Below, one piece after another: positions 1 through 7,945 of a stretch of DNA of 32,000 bases. Positions within the stretch are counted from its first letter, which is position 1, and the number at the start of each line of letters is the position of its first letter. Origin of the DNA: an archaeon GW2011_AR10. GTDB taxonomy: Archaea > Iainarchaeota > Iainarchaeia > Iainarchaeales > GW2011-AR10. The position numbers and the translations under genes are program-made. Location: positions 90,001-122,000 of the forward strand of contig CP010424.1 in the NCBI GenBank assembly GCA_000830275.1, in the 5' to 3' direction. The notes beneath the pieces were generated by a model that was not told where the DNA came from, did no database searches, and worked only from the letters and a program-made list of their open reading frames with translations.

Positions 1-1002
1 TAATTTTATCGTGTCATACGGCATGTCCTCATATGTTGTTACTTGTTCATTCAGTTCCTTGAGCTGTTGGAATTTTTTTGATTCAGGCATAAAGCCTATT
101 AGCGTCTCAAACTTAATTCTGCTCGAGCGGGAAATTCTTAGGCTATGTAGTTCCCTTACTTGGTATTCTTTCAGCCCGCCTTTTCCATCAGGTAGCAGTG
201 AAATGCTTTTTCCTGCCCTTCTGTTCTTGTACAGCTTGCTTTTTATTCCAAAGCCAATCAAAAGAACCTGGGTTCCTTTAAGCAATTCAAGGCTTGTGGA
301 ATCAAGGGCAACATACTGTGATTTTTCGCCGTAGTTTGCCACTGTTCCGTCGCATGTAAACAGCCCCTGCAAAACATATTTTTGTTCACCGAGACTTAAT
401 CCAAAAATGCTTTCAGAAATTGTTTTTTCATGTGATTTTTGTGACAGGTCAATAAACTTTGAAATTTTTTCAACAGCATCTTTTGCCATTATATGGAGTT
501 TTGCACTCGTTTTTGTTTTCTGCATTGTTGCAGGATAATTTTGATTGGTTTTCCTTTCAAAATTTTTTGCATAATAATCAGAAAACTTTTTGACAATGTT
601 TTCTTCCAAGTCTTTGTCCATCGTCAGCTGAATTTGCCCGCGTGAACCACATCCATCCCCCAAATATGCTCCAACAAGCTGGAAAAAGATTTTGTCAAGT
701 GGCTCTTTTATTTCTGAAACATTATGTGAAGGAAGACAGACAAAATCATCTTTTGTTAATTCTGCAGCCTGCACAAAGCCCCTGTTTGCGGTAAATACTT
801 TGTGGTCTGCAGTCAGATTTACTTCATAGCCTGCCTGTGTTTCAAGCCTGTAAACAGGTTTTTCTCCTGTTTCAAATGAACCCTTGGTTATTCCAATTGA
901 AAGACCGTCAAGGTTTGTTACAAGCTCTGTTTCTTTGTTTACCAAGCTGTCAATTCTTTTCCAGCCGGATGAAGTTAAAACAAGTGTATCGCCTGTAACG
1001 CA
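1..1002 (-). mobile_element. Intein (partial) with LAGLIDADG homing-endonuclease domain, inserted at the catalytic NPC site of the RNR
   Basis: After ...INATNP the sequence reads CVTGDTLVLTSSGW (intein block A) instead of the expected extein CSEY/CGE. Two LAGLIDADG motifs follow: FQLVGAYLGDGCG (652-678) and YVLQGLFTCDGTV (346-375). At least 334 intein residues lie in the window; the C-terminal splice junction is outside it. Confidence 0.8.
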
Positions 1003-2412
1003 TGGATTTGTTGCATTGATTTTTCCGTCTGCAGGGCAGGTGTGCCATTCATTAATTGTTGTATCATATTGGATGCCGGGGTCAGCAGAGCTCCATGCAG
1101 CGAAAGCAATCTGTTCCCATAGGGCTTGTGCCTTAAGAGTTTTCACTGCCTTTTTGTCTGTCCTGTTGGTTAGTTTCCATTCCCCCCCATTGAAAACTGC
1201 TTCCATGAAACTGTTAGGGATTCTCACCGAATTGTTTGAGTTCTGTCCTGAAACAGTCAAGTAAGCATCTGATTCATAATGGGTGTCAAATTCCTTGAAG
1301 TAAAGTTTGGCGTGGCCCTGTTCCGCCAACTGCAGTGCGCGGAAAATGTAGTTCTGCGGCACGCCAAAAGAGAGCGCCTGCTTTACCGTTTCACTTAGTT
1401 CCTTGTTTTCGCTGAGGTTGGTTCCGCCATTGTTAGCGAGCCCAATGATTCTGTTAAGGAAAGCGCTTGCAATCCTGCTTCCAGCCACAAGCGCCACAAC
1501 CTTTTTTTCTTCTTCAACTTTCCAGTTAACGAAATCCTCGATGTCCGGGTGGTCAATGTCCAGTATGACCATTTTTGCGGCTCTCCTTGTTGTTCCGCCG
1601 GACTTTACGGAGCCGGCTGCGCGGTCATAAATTTTCAGGAAAGACATTAGTCCGGAGCTTATACCGCCGCCTGAAAGAAGTTCCCCTTTTCCCCGCAAAC
1701 TTGAAAAGTTTGTGCCTGTGCCTGAACCGTACTTGAATATGCGCGCCTCTTTTGTCACTAAATCAAAAATTCCGCCTTCATTAACCAAGTCATCATTTAC
1801 TGACTGGATGAAGCACGCGTGGGGTGCTGGGTGCGTGTAAGCATCAGCTGATCTTGTTAGTTCTTTCGTGTCAGGGTCAACGTAGTAGTGGCCTTGGGGG
1901 TTTCCGGTTATGTTGTACTTTAATGCAAGCCCAGTGTTGAACCACTGAGGAGAATTTGGCGCAGCTATTTGGTGCAGAAGCATGTAAGCTATTTCGTCCT
2001 CGAATGCCTGCGCATCTTCAGCCGAGGCAAAGTAGTTGTATTTTTCCCCCCAGTGCCTCCAGCACCCCGCAAGCCTATCTACAATCTGCTTGATTGATTT
2101 TTCGCTGCCAAGGACGCGGTTTCCGTTTTTGTCAAGCAGAGGGCTCCCTTTTTCGTCGAGCTGTGGAACGCCTGCTTTCCTGAAATATTTTTGCGAGAGT
2201 ATGTCTGTAGCAACCTGGCTCCACTGTTTTGGCACTTCAATGTCTTTCAGTTCAAAAACCACGCTGCCATCCGGGTTCCGTATAACAGAGGAGCGCCTGC
2301 TGTACTCAACGCTGTCAAAAGGGCTTGTTCCCTTCTTAGTGAAAAACCTCTCAACCACGAGTCCACGTGGAGAAGTTACTGCTTTTGCCTCTCGATTTTT
2401 TCCTTTAGCCAA
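1..2412 (-). CDS. nrdJ: Class II (adenosylcobalamin-dependent) ribonucleotide reductase, N-terminal part, interrupted by an intein; partial, runs off the left edge
   Basis: Own translation of the minus strand. It is absent from the ORF track because the stop lies outside the window. The first possible start is TTG at 2410-2412, preceded by in-frame TAA at 2413-2415, with GAGG 7 nt upstream. The frame is open throughout and carries class II RNR signatures: SGGTTRRAAKM (1570-1602), VSGQNSNNSVRIP (1216-1254), DPGIQYDTTINEWHTCP (1033-1083), and INATNP followed by the catalytic Cys position at 1000-1002. Confidence 0.85.
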   Translation of the reverse strand, partial: MAKGKNREAKAVTSPRGLVVERFFTKKGTSPFDSVEYSRRSSVIRNPDGSVVFELKDIEVPKQWSQVATDILSQKYFRKAGVPQLDEKGSPLLDKNGNRVLGSEKSIKQIVDRLAGCWRHWGEKYNYFASAEDAQAFEDEIAYMLLHQIAAPNSPQWFNTGLALKYNITGNPQGHYYVDPDTKELTRSADAYTHPAPHACFIQSVNDDLVNEGGIFDLVTKEARIFKYGSGTGTNFSSLRGKGELLSGGGISSGLMSFLKIYDRAAGSVKSGGTTRRAAKMVILDIDHPDIEDFVNWKVEEEKKVVALVAGSRIASAFLNRIIGLANNGGTNLSENKELSETVKQALSFGVPQNYIFRALQLAEQGHAKLYFKEFDTHYESDAYLTVSGQNSNNSVRIPNSFMEAVFNGGEWKLTNRTDKKAVKTLKAQALWEQIAFAAWSSADPGIQYDTTINEWHTCPADGKINATNPCVTGDTLVLTSSGWKRIDSLVNKETELVTNLDGLSIGITKGSFETGEKPVYRLETQAGYEVNLTADHKVFTANRGFVQAAELTKDDFVCLPSHNVSEIKEPLDKIFFQLVGAYLGDGCGSRGQIQLTMDKDLEENIVKKFSDYYAKNFERKTNQNYPATMQKTKTSAKLHIMAKDAVEKISKFIDLSQKSHEKTISESIFGLSLGEQKYVLQGLFTCDGTVANYGEKSQYVALDSTSLELLKGTQVLLIGFGIKSKLYKNRRAGKSISLLPDGKGGLKEYQVRELHSLRISRSSRIKFETLIGFMPESKKFQQLKELNEQVTTYEDMPYDTIKL

Positions 2413-2421
2413 TTAATCGCC

Positions 2422-2742
2422 TCAGGCATATTCTTTTACTTTATTCTTGAATTCCTGTTTGGAGGTTGCTCCAGCAAACTGGTCAACAAGCTTTCCTGCT
2501 TTGAACACAAGGAATGTTGGAATTGACCGAATGCCGTATTTTTCCGCTATTTCATGGTTTTCGTCAACGTTGAGCTTGGCGATTTTCACTTTTCCATTCA
2601 TTTCCTTGGCTGTTTCCTCCACTATTGGAGCCATTGCAATGCATGGCCCGCACCATTCAGCCCAGAAGTCCACAACCACTGCCTTTTCTGCTTTTACCTT
2701 TTTCTCGAAGTTTGTGGTAGTCAACGCTTCAGCTTCTCCCAT
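2422..2742 (-). CDS. trxA: Thioredoxin
   Basis: 106 aa with the WAEWCGPC active-site motif and a thioredoxin-length fold. It lies 9 nt upstream of the RNR gene on the same strand, so the two are probably an operon. Confidence 0.9.
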   Translation of the reverse strand: MGEAEALTTTNFEKKVKAEKAVVVDFWAEWCGPCIAMAPIVEETAKEMNGKVKIAKLNVDENHEIAEKYGIRSIPTFLVFKAGKLVDQFAGATSKQEFKNKVKEYA

Positions 2743-3096
2743 AAAACCACCTGTTAGAATACCTTATCTTGTGAGCCTTAATAATTAATTTATCTTATCG
2801 GAAGAGATTATATAACTTCTTCTTCATATAAAAATGTTTGCCACCAGAAACAATCGATTTGAAAAGTAAATTTTTACTAAGTAATTTTTTTGCTTTTTTA
2901 ATTAATTTTGTTTGGTTAAACCTCTCAGGGTTCGGTTTGTGTTTTCTGCTTGCTTGCCGTGATTATGCAAGCGAACCATGCTTAAATCAGGCAATTCCGC
3001 TGTTTTCAAAAGTGGTCAAATGGAATTGCTACTGTCAAGAACCATTTGCTTCTTTTGTCGTGGTACAATATGCCACCGACTTTAGTCGTTGGTTCT

Positions 3097-3636
3097 TTAC
3101 ACCCTTAATTTGAAGAGCTGCCCAATTGCTTGGACGCTTTTTTTCAATACAATAACCGGAACATTTTCCGCATCCTTGTCAAGGTAAGGCGTGACAACAA
3201 TTATCAAAGCCGAAACGCTCATCAAGTGCATTATTGTGAAGGGAATCTGGCCAAGAAAAGCCATTTCAATCGGCATTCCGAACAATGCAGGCCCAAGAAG
3301 CACTCCTGTGACAAAATCGAATGCAAGCACTCCAAGAGCGCCGGCGCCAAGGTATGTTTTGATTGAAACTTTTTCCTTGAAGCGGAAGTAAAAGTGGAAT
3401 GCCGCCCCAAGCAAAGCATAGGTGATTGCAGTCACCCATGTCCAGAGGCCGATGCCGCTAGTAACAAGGTCAAAGGAAAACATTGTTAGGAAAGCAAATG
3501 CCGGTGCCTTCCACCATTTGTCCTTGCGCGCAAAAGGCAGCATTATCCCCATTATGGGGTCGTTGTTTGGGAAAACCCGTGCAAGACGATAAATGTTGCA
3601 ACCTATTAAGCCAAAAGCGTACTTGAAAAACTTCAT
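3097..3636 (-). CDS. Polytopic membrane protein of unknown function, possibly ECF-S-component-like (DUF6580-like)
   Basis: 179 aa with about 5-6 hydrophobic helices. The N-terminal segment RLARVFPNNDPIMGIMLPF...FSFDLV resembles, from memory, the RL-P-PNFxPIxA...SDLV signature of the DUF6580 family. No domain search was possible. Confidence 0.55.
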   Translation of the reverse strand: MKFFKYAFGLIGCNIYRLARVFPNNDPIMGIMLPFARKDKWWKAPAFAFLTMFSFDLVTSGIGLWTWVTAITYALLGAAFHFYFRFKEKVSIKTYLGAGALGVLAFDFVTGVLLGPALFGMPIEMAFLGQIPFTIMHLMSVSALIIVVTPYLDKDAENVPVIVLKKSVQAIGQLFKLRV

Positions 3637-3725
3637 TTAATAATTATGCAATCGCATGCTTAAAATTGTTTCGCATGTGGTGCGCCGAAAACATAAAAAA
3701 CTCTTTGAACAATTTTTTGGTTTGA

Positions 3726-3959
3726 ATGTGCCTTGCCTATCCCGGAAAAGTGGTTGAACTGAAAAACAAGGGAGCAGTTGCATTAGTTGACTACGGAAAC
3801 CAGCAAAGAGAAGCCAGCAACGTGCTTATGCATGCAAAGCCCGGCCAGTGGGTTTTAGTGCAGCAGAAAGTGATAGTTCAAACGCTTTCAAAAAAAGAGG
3901 CGCTCGAATCACTTGACGCATGGAGTGAAGCAGCTAAAGAAGAGACTAAAGAGAGTTAA
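3726..3959 (+). CDS. hypC: [NiFe]-hydrogenase maturation chaperone HypC/HupF
   Basis: 77 aa. It has the invariant N-terminus MCLAYPGKVVEL (Cys2), and the length and layout of an OB-fold chaperone. Confidence 0.85.
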   Translation: MCLAYPGKVVELKNKGAVALVDYGNQQREASNVLMHAKPGQWVLVQQKVIVQTLSKKEALESLDAWSEAAKEETKES

Positions 3960-4677
3960 CATACTCAACGTTTTTCTTGGTGTACTTTCTTAGGTTTGAA
4001 AGCTGCTCCTCGCTTAAAACTGAAACAGCATTGTTCCAGTGCACTGAAATAAAAGCGCCTTTTTTTAGCTCTTTCAACAGCCCCGGGCCAATTGATTTAG
4101 TTTGCCCGTCCAGCTGGAACTCGTTGTTGAAGTGCGTGAGCTTAACTCCTTCAATCACGATTTTCTCTTTTTCGGGATGCAATTCCTTAACCTTTCCCCA
4201 GCCCACCAAGCAGTTGTCAAGGTTTTTTAGGATTGGCTCAACTTTTTTTGTCATGAAATTCATGTAAAGAACGTGAAAGGAATGGTGCGGGAAAACCTCT
4301 CCAGTTAAGCTGTCTGCTTTCTTTTCAGCAATGCTTTTTGGCAGCAGGCCCGGCCTGCTCAAATCAGTCAAAATCATCTGCCTTACTTTTTCGGTTCCGA
4401 CATTTTCAAGCAGCCGGTTTCCAAGCCAGTAAGCTTCAATAACCCTGAAATCAAACGGCTGCATGTTATTGCTTTTCCCAATAAGTTTAAGGTAAGCGTG
4501 AAACCCTTCAAAAGTTGAGAGCAGTTCCTTAATGTGCTCGGCTTTTTCCGGCACAGGCGCCTCAATGAATTCCTTGAATTCGCGGAAAGCCCCTTCTTCC
4601 CCGCAGTACTCAAGCTTGTTGGTTATGAACGAGTGCCTGCACGCAAAGGCAAGCGCTTCAAGTTCGCTTTGCTGCAA
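3946..4677 (-). CDS. DUF6390-like protein with a C-terminal HypC-like domain
   Basis: 243 aa. The N-terminal half has NKLEYCG, FEGFHAYLKLIG and RVIEAYWLGNRLLENV, which I recall as DUF6390 signatures. Residues 155-230 (nt 3988-4215) read NCLVGWGKVKEL...GAFISVHWNNAVSVLSEEQ, which parallels the neighbouring HypC (MCLAYPGKVVEL...GQWVLVQQKVIVQTLSKKE). Confidence 0.7.
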   Translation of the reverse strand: MQQSELEALAFACRHSFITNKLEYCGEEGAFREFKEFIEAPVPEKAEHIKELLSTFEGFHAYLKLIGKSNNMQPFDFRVIEAYWLGNRLLENVGTEKVRQMILTDLSRPGLLPKSIAEKKADSLTGEVFPHHSFHVLYMNFMTKKVEPILKNLDNCLVGWGKVKELHPEKEKIVIEGVKLTHFNNEFQLDGQTKSIGPGLLKELKKGAFISVHWNNAVSVLSEEQLSNLRKYTKKNVEYVNSL

Positions 4678-5578
4678 GCAGCAACCCCTTCCATTTAACT
4701 AGCTGAGCCAAAACACTGAAGCCAAAAATTACGAGCGTTCCTGCAACAATCAAAAACAACCCTAGTGCGTGGCTGAAGGAAAGCCCTTCACCCAAAAAAA
4801 CAAGCGAGAGAATCCCTGTTATTGGCTGCGAGAGAAGCAGCATAGAAGTTGCAGTTGAAACCTTCAAGTATTTCAATCCAGCGTAATAAGTGATGACGTA
4901 CAGGAACAACAGTGCAGCAGTCAACAAAACCCACTGAATTTGTTCAACTGACAGCTCGAACATGCCTTGCACCTGGTTTGTTGCAGCGAGAAAGCCAAGC
5001 ATTATTAGGCTTCCAAAAAACATTCTTCCGAAAGCCACAATTCTGCCGCTAGTGTTTTTGAGCACGTGCTTTGCCAGGACATTTTCTGCTGCCCACATCA
5101 TTGTTGCAGCAAGCAGCAATATTTCAGTTAACCCAAAGCTGGAAATGCTGCTGAACAGAAAAAAGTTGCCTAGCATTAGGAGGGCTGCTCCAGCCAAAAA
5201 TTTTTTGTTTATTTTTTCTTTAAGGAATACAACTGCAAGCAGGGTTGCCCAAATGAAAAGCGTTTTGTGGATAAACCCTGCATTGGCTGCCGCTGCAATT
5301 TCCTTTAATGCATAAAAGTAAATAAGGAAAGCAAAGCTGCCGCCAATTGCTCCGATTGCAAGCAGCTGAAGCCACTGCTTTTGGGAAAGCAGCTTTAATT
5401 CCCTGAATTCACGCAGAAGAAGGACTGCTGAGAAAAGCAGGACTGCAACCACCACATTTTTTGCTGTTGTGAAAACAAAAGGGTCAAAGCCCTTGACAGC
5501 GAAAGTATTCAGGAAAACAGAGAAACCGCTTACAAAAGCGGTTGCAAGCAAAAGCATTATTCCTTTTGAGTTCTCCAT
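4658..5578 (-). CDS. EamA/DMT-superfamily transporter
   Basis: 306 aa with about 10 predicted TM helices arranged as two similar halves, typical of EamA-domain permeases. Confidence 0.8.
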   Translation of the reverse strand: MENSKGIMLLLATAFVSGFSVFLNTFAVKGFDPFVFTTAKNVVVAVLLFSAVLLLREFRELKLLSQKQWLQLLAIGAIGGSFAFLIYFYALKEIAAAANAGFIHKTLFIWATLLAVVFLKEKINKKFLAGAALLMLGNFFLFSSISSFGLTEILLLAATMMWAAENVLAKHVLKNTSGRIVAFGRMFFGSLIMLGFLAATNQVQGMFELSVEQIQWVLLTAALLFLYVITYYAGLKYLKVSTATSMLLLSQPITGILSLVFLGEGLSFSHALGLFLIVAGTLVIFGFSVLAQLVKWKGLLLAAKRT

Positions 5579-5630
5579 TCCATATAATTAAATGTAATTC
5601 AATTAAAAAAATAACTATGGGGGATAGTAA

Positions 5631-6023
5631 ATGAAGGTGCTTGTTTTCGGCAACCCACTGGTGGAGCAGGATTCAATGCCTTTCAGGCTGCTGCCAAAGC
5701 TTAGGAAAGCTTTTCCTGCAATCGAGTTCAAGGAATTTGACCCAGCAGAGGACCTCCAGGAGGAAGGCAGGAACCTTACAATAATTGATTCAATTGAGGG
5801 CATAGAGGAAGTGAGGGTTTTAACTGACACCGACAAAATCGAAACGCAGCGGGTTTACTCCCTGCACGACTTTGACCTTGGCTTGACGTTGAAGCTGTTG
5901 AAGAAAATGGGGCTTGTTGACTCAGTAACAGTAATTGGCGTGCCAATGAAAGGAAGCACTGAAAAAATTTTTCAGCAGGTGAAATCCGCCCTAAAAGAAA
6001 TTTCTATAACCAGTTCACCTTGA
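5631..6023 (+). CDS. [NiFe]-hydrogenase maturation endopeptidase (HycI/FrhD-like)
   Basis: 130 aa. It has VLVFGNPLVEQDS (the GN..DD-type N-terminal metal-ligand motif), IIDSIEG, and SLHDFDL (the His ligand). GGGGGAT lies 5 nt before the ATG. The gene is convergent with the large-subunit gene and overlaps it by 20 nt. Confidence 0.75.
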   Translation: MKVLVFGNPLVEQDSMPFRLLPKLRKAFPAIEFKEFDPAEDLQEEGRNLTIIDSIEGIEEVRVLTDTDKIETQRVYSLHDFDLGLTLKLLKKMGLVDSVTVIGVPMKGSTEKIFQQVKSALKEISITSSP

Positions 6024-7293
6024 GGAAATGCGATGCGCAGCTAAAGCACGGGTCGTATGCGCGGATTAATTTTTCAAGCTCAAAGGTTATTTCCTCCTTG
6101 CTTTTGTCTAAAATGGGCGGTATCATTGTCCTGAAGTCTGCCTCCATGTTGATTTGGTTCTGCTGGCTTGGAGTTATAATGTCAGCGTAGCTTATCATGC
6201 CGCTGCCGTCAAGCTCCATCATGTAATAAAGGGTGCCGCGCGGCGCTTCAAGCACTCCAACTCCTTTTGTTTCCCTGCCTTCAGGCAAAACCTTTGGCTC
6301 TTGGCTGAATTCCAATGTTTCAAGTATTTCAATTGAGTGGTCAATGCAGTGAAGCATTTCAATTGCCTGCGCCAGATTGTTGTTGTAAATGTCATCTGAC
6401 GGGAATTCCGATAAGTACTCTGCACAATCCCTCCTTGTTTCCGGCATCAGTGCTGCCTTGTTCATGTTCATCCTGCTTAGCGCTCCCACCATATAGTTTT
6501 TGCCTTCAAACTGGTAGCCGACGCTCTGCGAGTAAGGAATTATGACCCGCCACAAGTGCTCCCAGTAGTGTGCTTCAGGAATGCAGATTCCTTCAGTGCT
6601 TTGGATTTCTCCCTCAAGGAAACTGTAGTCCTTTGAAATCAGTGCAACGTGGTTTGTTTTCCTCTTGAAAGAAAAGTCTCGCTGATAAAAGATTTCAATG
6701 AGTTTCAGCACTTTCGGCCTAGCCGATTTAAGTTTTTCAACTACTTCCTTCTGCTGTTCCTTTGTTGGCACCTTAGCGTAGCCGCCTATCAATGCAAACA
6801 TTCCGTGGACTGCTCTCCCGAGAATCAGGGTTGAAAGCGCGTTCCCGGCTGCCTTAACCTCGAACGCATCCATAACCCACTCATGCTCTTTCTCGTTGAA
6901 GTCAAGCACTGAATCCTTGCCAAAAATGTCCGGCAGGCAGAACAAGTAAAGGTGCATTGCGTGGTCTCTCAGGTTCAAGCCGTACATTGAGAGCTTTCTG
7001 AGAAGAAGGGTTTGCTCTGACGGCTGCACATTCAATGCTTTTTCAAAAGCTTCAATGGAGCAGTTCAAGTGTGCAATGCTGCAAGTGCCGCAGATTCTTG
7101 AAACAAGCTGCGGAATGCTGTTGAAGTGCTTGCCCCTGACCGCAACCGAGTAAAACCGCTTGTTTTCATTAATCTTCAGCTTGACGTACTCAACCTCGCC
7201 TTTCCTAACCCTAACATCTACCTCTGCATGGCCCTCTATCTTGCTTATCGGGTCAATGATTATGTCAAAGTCTCCCTGATGCAATTTATTCAA
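6004..7293 (-). CDS. [NiFe]-hydrogenase large subunit (group 3-like size)
   Basis: 429 aa. Ligand motifs are RICGTCSIAH (RxCGxCxxxH) near the N-terminus and DPCFSCASH (DPCxxCxxH) near the C-terminus. A 7-residue tail FLKVNWL follows and could be removed by the endopeptidase. The TTG start overlaps the small-subunit stop. Confidence 0.9.
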   Translation of the reverse strand: MNKLHQGDFDIIIDPISKIEGHAEVDVRVRKGEVEYVKLKINENKRFYSVAVRGKHFNSIPQLVSRICGTCSIAHLNCSIEAFEKALNVQPSEQTLLLRKLSMYGLNLRDHAMHLYLFCLPDIFGKDSVLDFNEKEHEWVMDAFEVKAAGNALSTLILGRAVHGMFALIGGYAKVPTKEQQKEVVEKLKSARPKVLKLIEIFYQRDFSFKRKTNHVALISKDYSFLEGEIQSTEGICIPEAHYWEHLWRVIIPYSQSVGYQFEGKNYMVGALSRMNMNKAALMPETRRDCAEYLSEFPSDDIYNNNLAQAIEMLHCIDHSIEILETLEFSQEPKVLPEGRETKGVGVLEAPRGTLYYMMELDGSGMISYADIITPSQQNQINMEADFRTMIPPILDKSKEEITFELEKLIRAYDPCFSCASHFLKVNWL

Positions 7294-7765
7294 CTCCGAA
7301 TTCCTTGATGTATTGCTCCATTACTTCAACAAACTTTTGCTCAATTATCGGGCAGCCGGGAACCTCGGCGTCAACCTTAACATATTTTCCGATTGGCTCA
7401 ACGCTTGGCATGTGATTGAACCTTTTCAGGATGTGCTTGATTTCGCGCTTTTTGTCTTCGTCAAACGAGTTGCGGTGGTTGCTTGGGGAACCGTTTATTG
7501 CGCAGGTGCCTATTGCTACAACTTTTTTTGCGTTTTTCCTTATTTCCATGAGTTTTTCTAGTTCTTTCTCGTTGGAAATTGCCCCTTCAACAAATGCAAC
7601 ATCCAATCCTTCCAAAGAGCTTTTCTTGCGTAGCACGCGCGCAGCCTGCCATTCAACCCTGCCATTCCAGTCCTTCAGCTTGTAATTCAGTATTTCCAGG
7701 AATGTTATAACGCATCCTTCGTCGCCGGTGAAAGAGAAAAGCCCTGCCTTCAGCTTCCTTTCCAT
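7286..7765 (-). CDS. [NiFe]-hydrogenase small subunit, short form (proximal-cluster domain only)
   Basis: 159 aa with NuoB/20-kDa-like motifs FTGDEGC, IGTCAINGS and VPGCP. The protein ends about 20 residues after the GCP motif, leaving no room for medial or distal cluster ligands. Confidence 0.85.
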   Translation of the reverse strand: MERKLKAGLFSFTGDEGCVITFLEILNYKLKDWNGRVEWQAARVLRKKSSLEGLDVAFVEGAISNEKELEKLMEIRKNAKKVVAIGTCAINGSPSNHRNSFDEDKKREIKHILKRFNHMPSVEPIGKYVKVDAEVPGCPIIEQKFVEVMEQYIKEFGVE

Positions 7766-7945
7766 CTGTAATATTACGAGTCGCTTGAAGAAAAAACTTT
7801 CGTTTTATTGCATATATAGCAAAACGCTTAAGTAATTGAACATTGAAACTGCGTTTTGCATCTAGCAAACAGCAGCATAAAGTTCAAAAATATTGGCTGT
7901 TTGCTATAGTAAAAGACATAATTATTTGAACATATATTGTCTTTT

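Noticed and set aside
2743-2840. Possible cobalamin riboswitch or other leader upstream of the B12-dependent RNR operon.
   Set aside because: The leader is short and AT-rich, with no B12-box-like sequence or multi-stem architecture visible.
2838-3113. 91-aa plus-strand ORF, and a bulged hairpin (GGTTCG...GCTTGC / GCAAGCGAACC, 2929-2977), in the 354-nt gene-free gap upstream of trxA.
   Set aside because: The ORF uses a non-ATG start, overlaps the 3097-3636 gene end and looks non-proteinaceous. I found no C/D-box, H/ACA or riboswitch signature for the hairpin, and a single stem is not enough to call an ncRNA.
6004-6023. The 20-nt overlap of the convergent protease and large-subunit genes, and the 14-nt overlap of hypC with the DUF6390-like gene, considered as frameshift or misassembly signals.
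   Set aside because: Both partners have complete conserved C-terminal motifs up to their stops. Short convergent overlaps fit the generally compact gene packing seen here.
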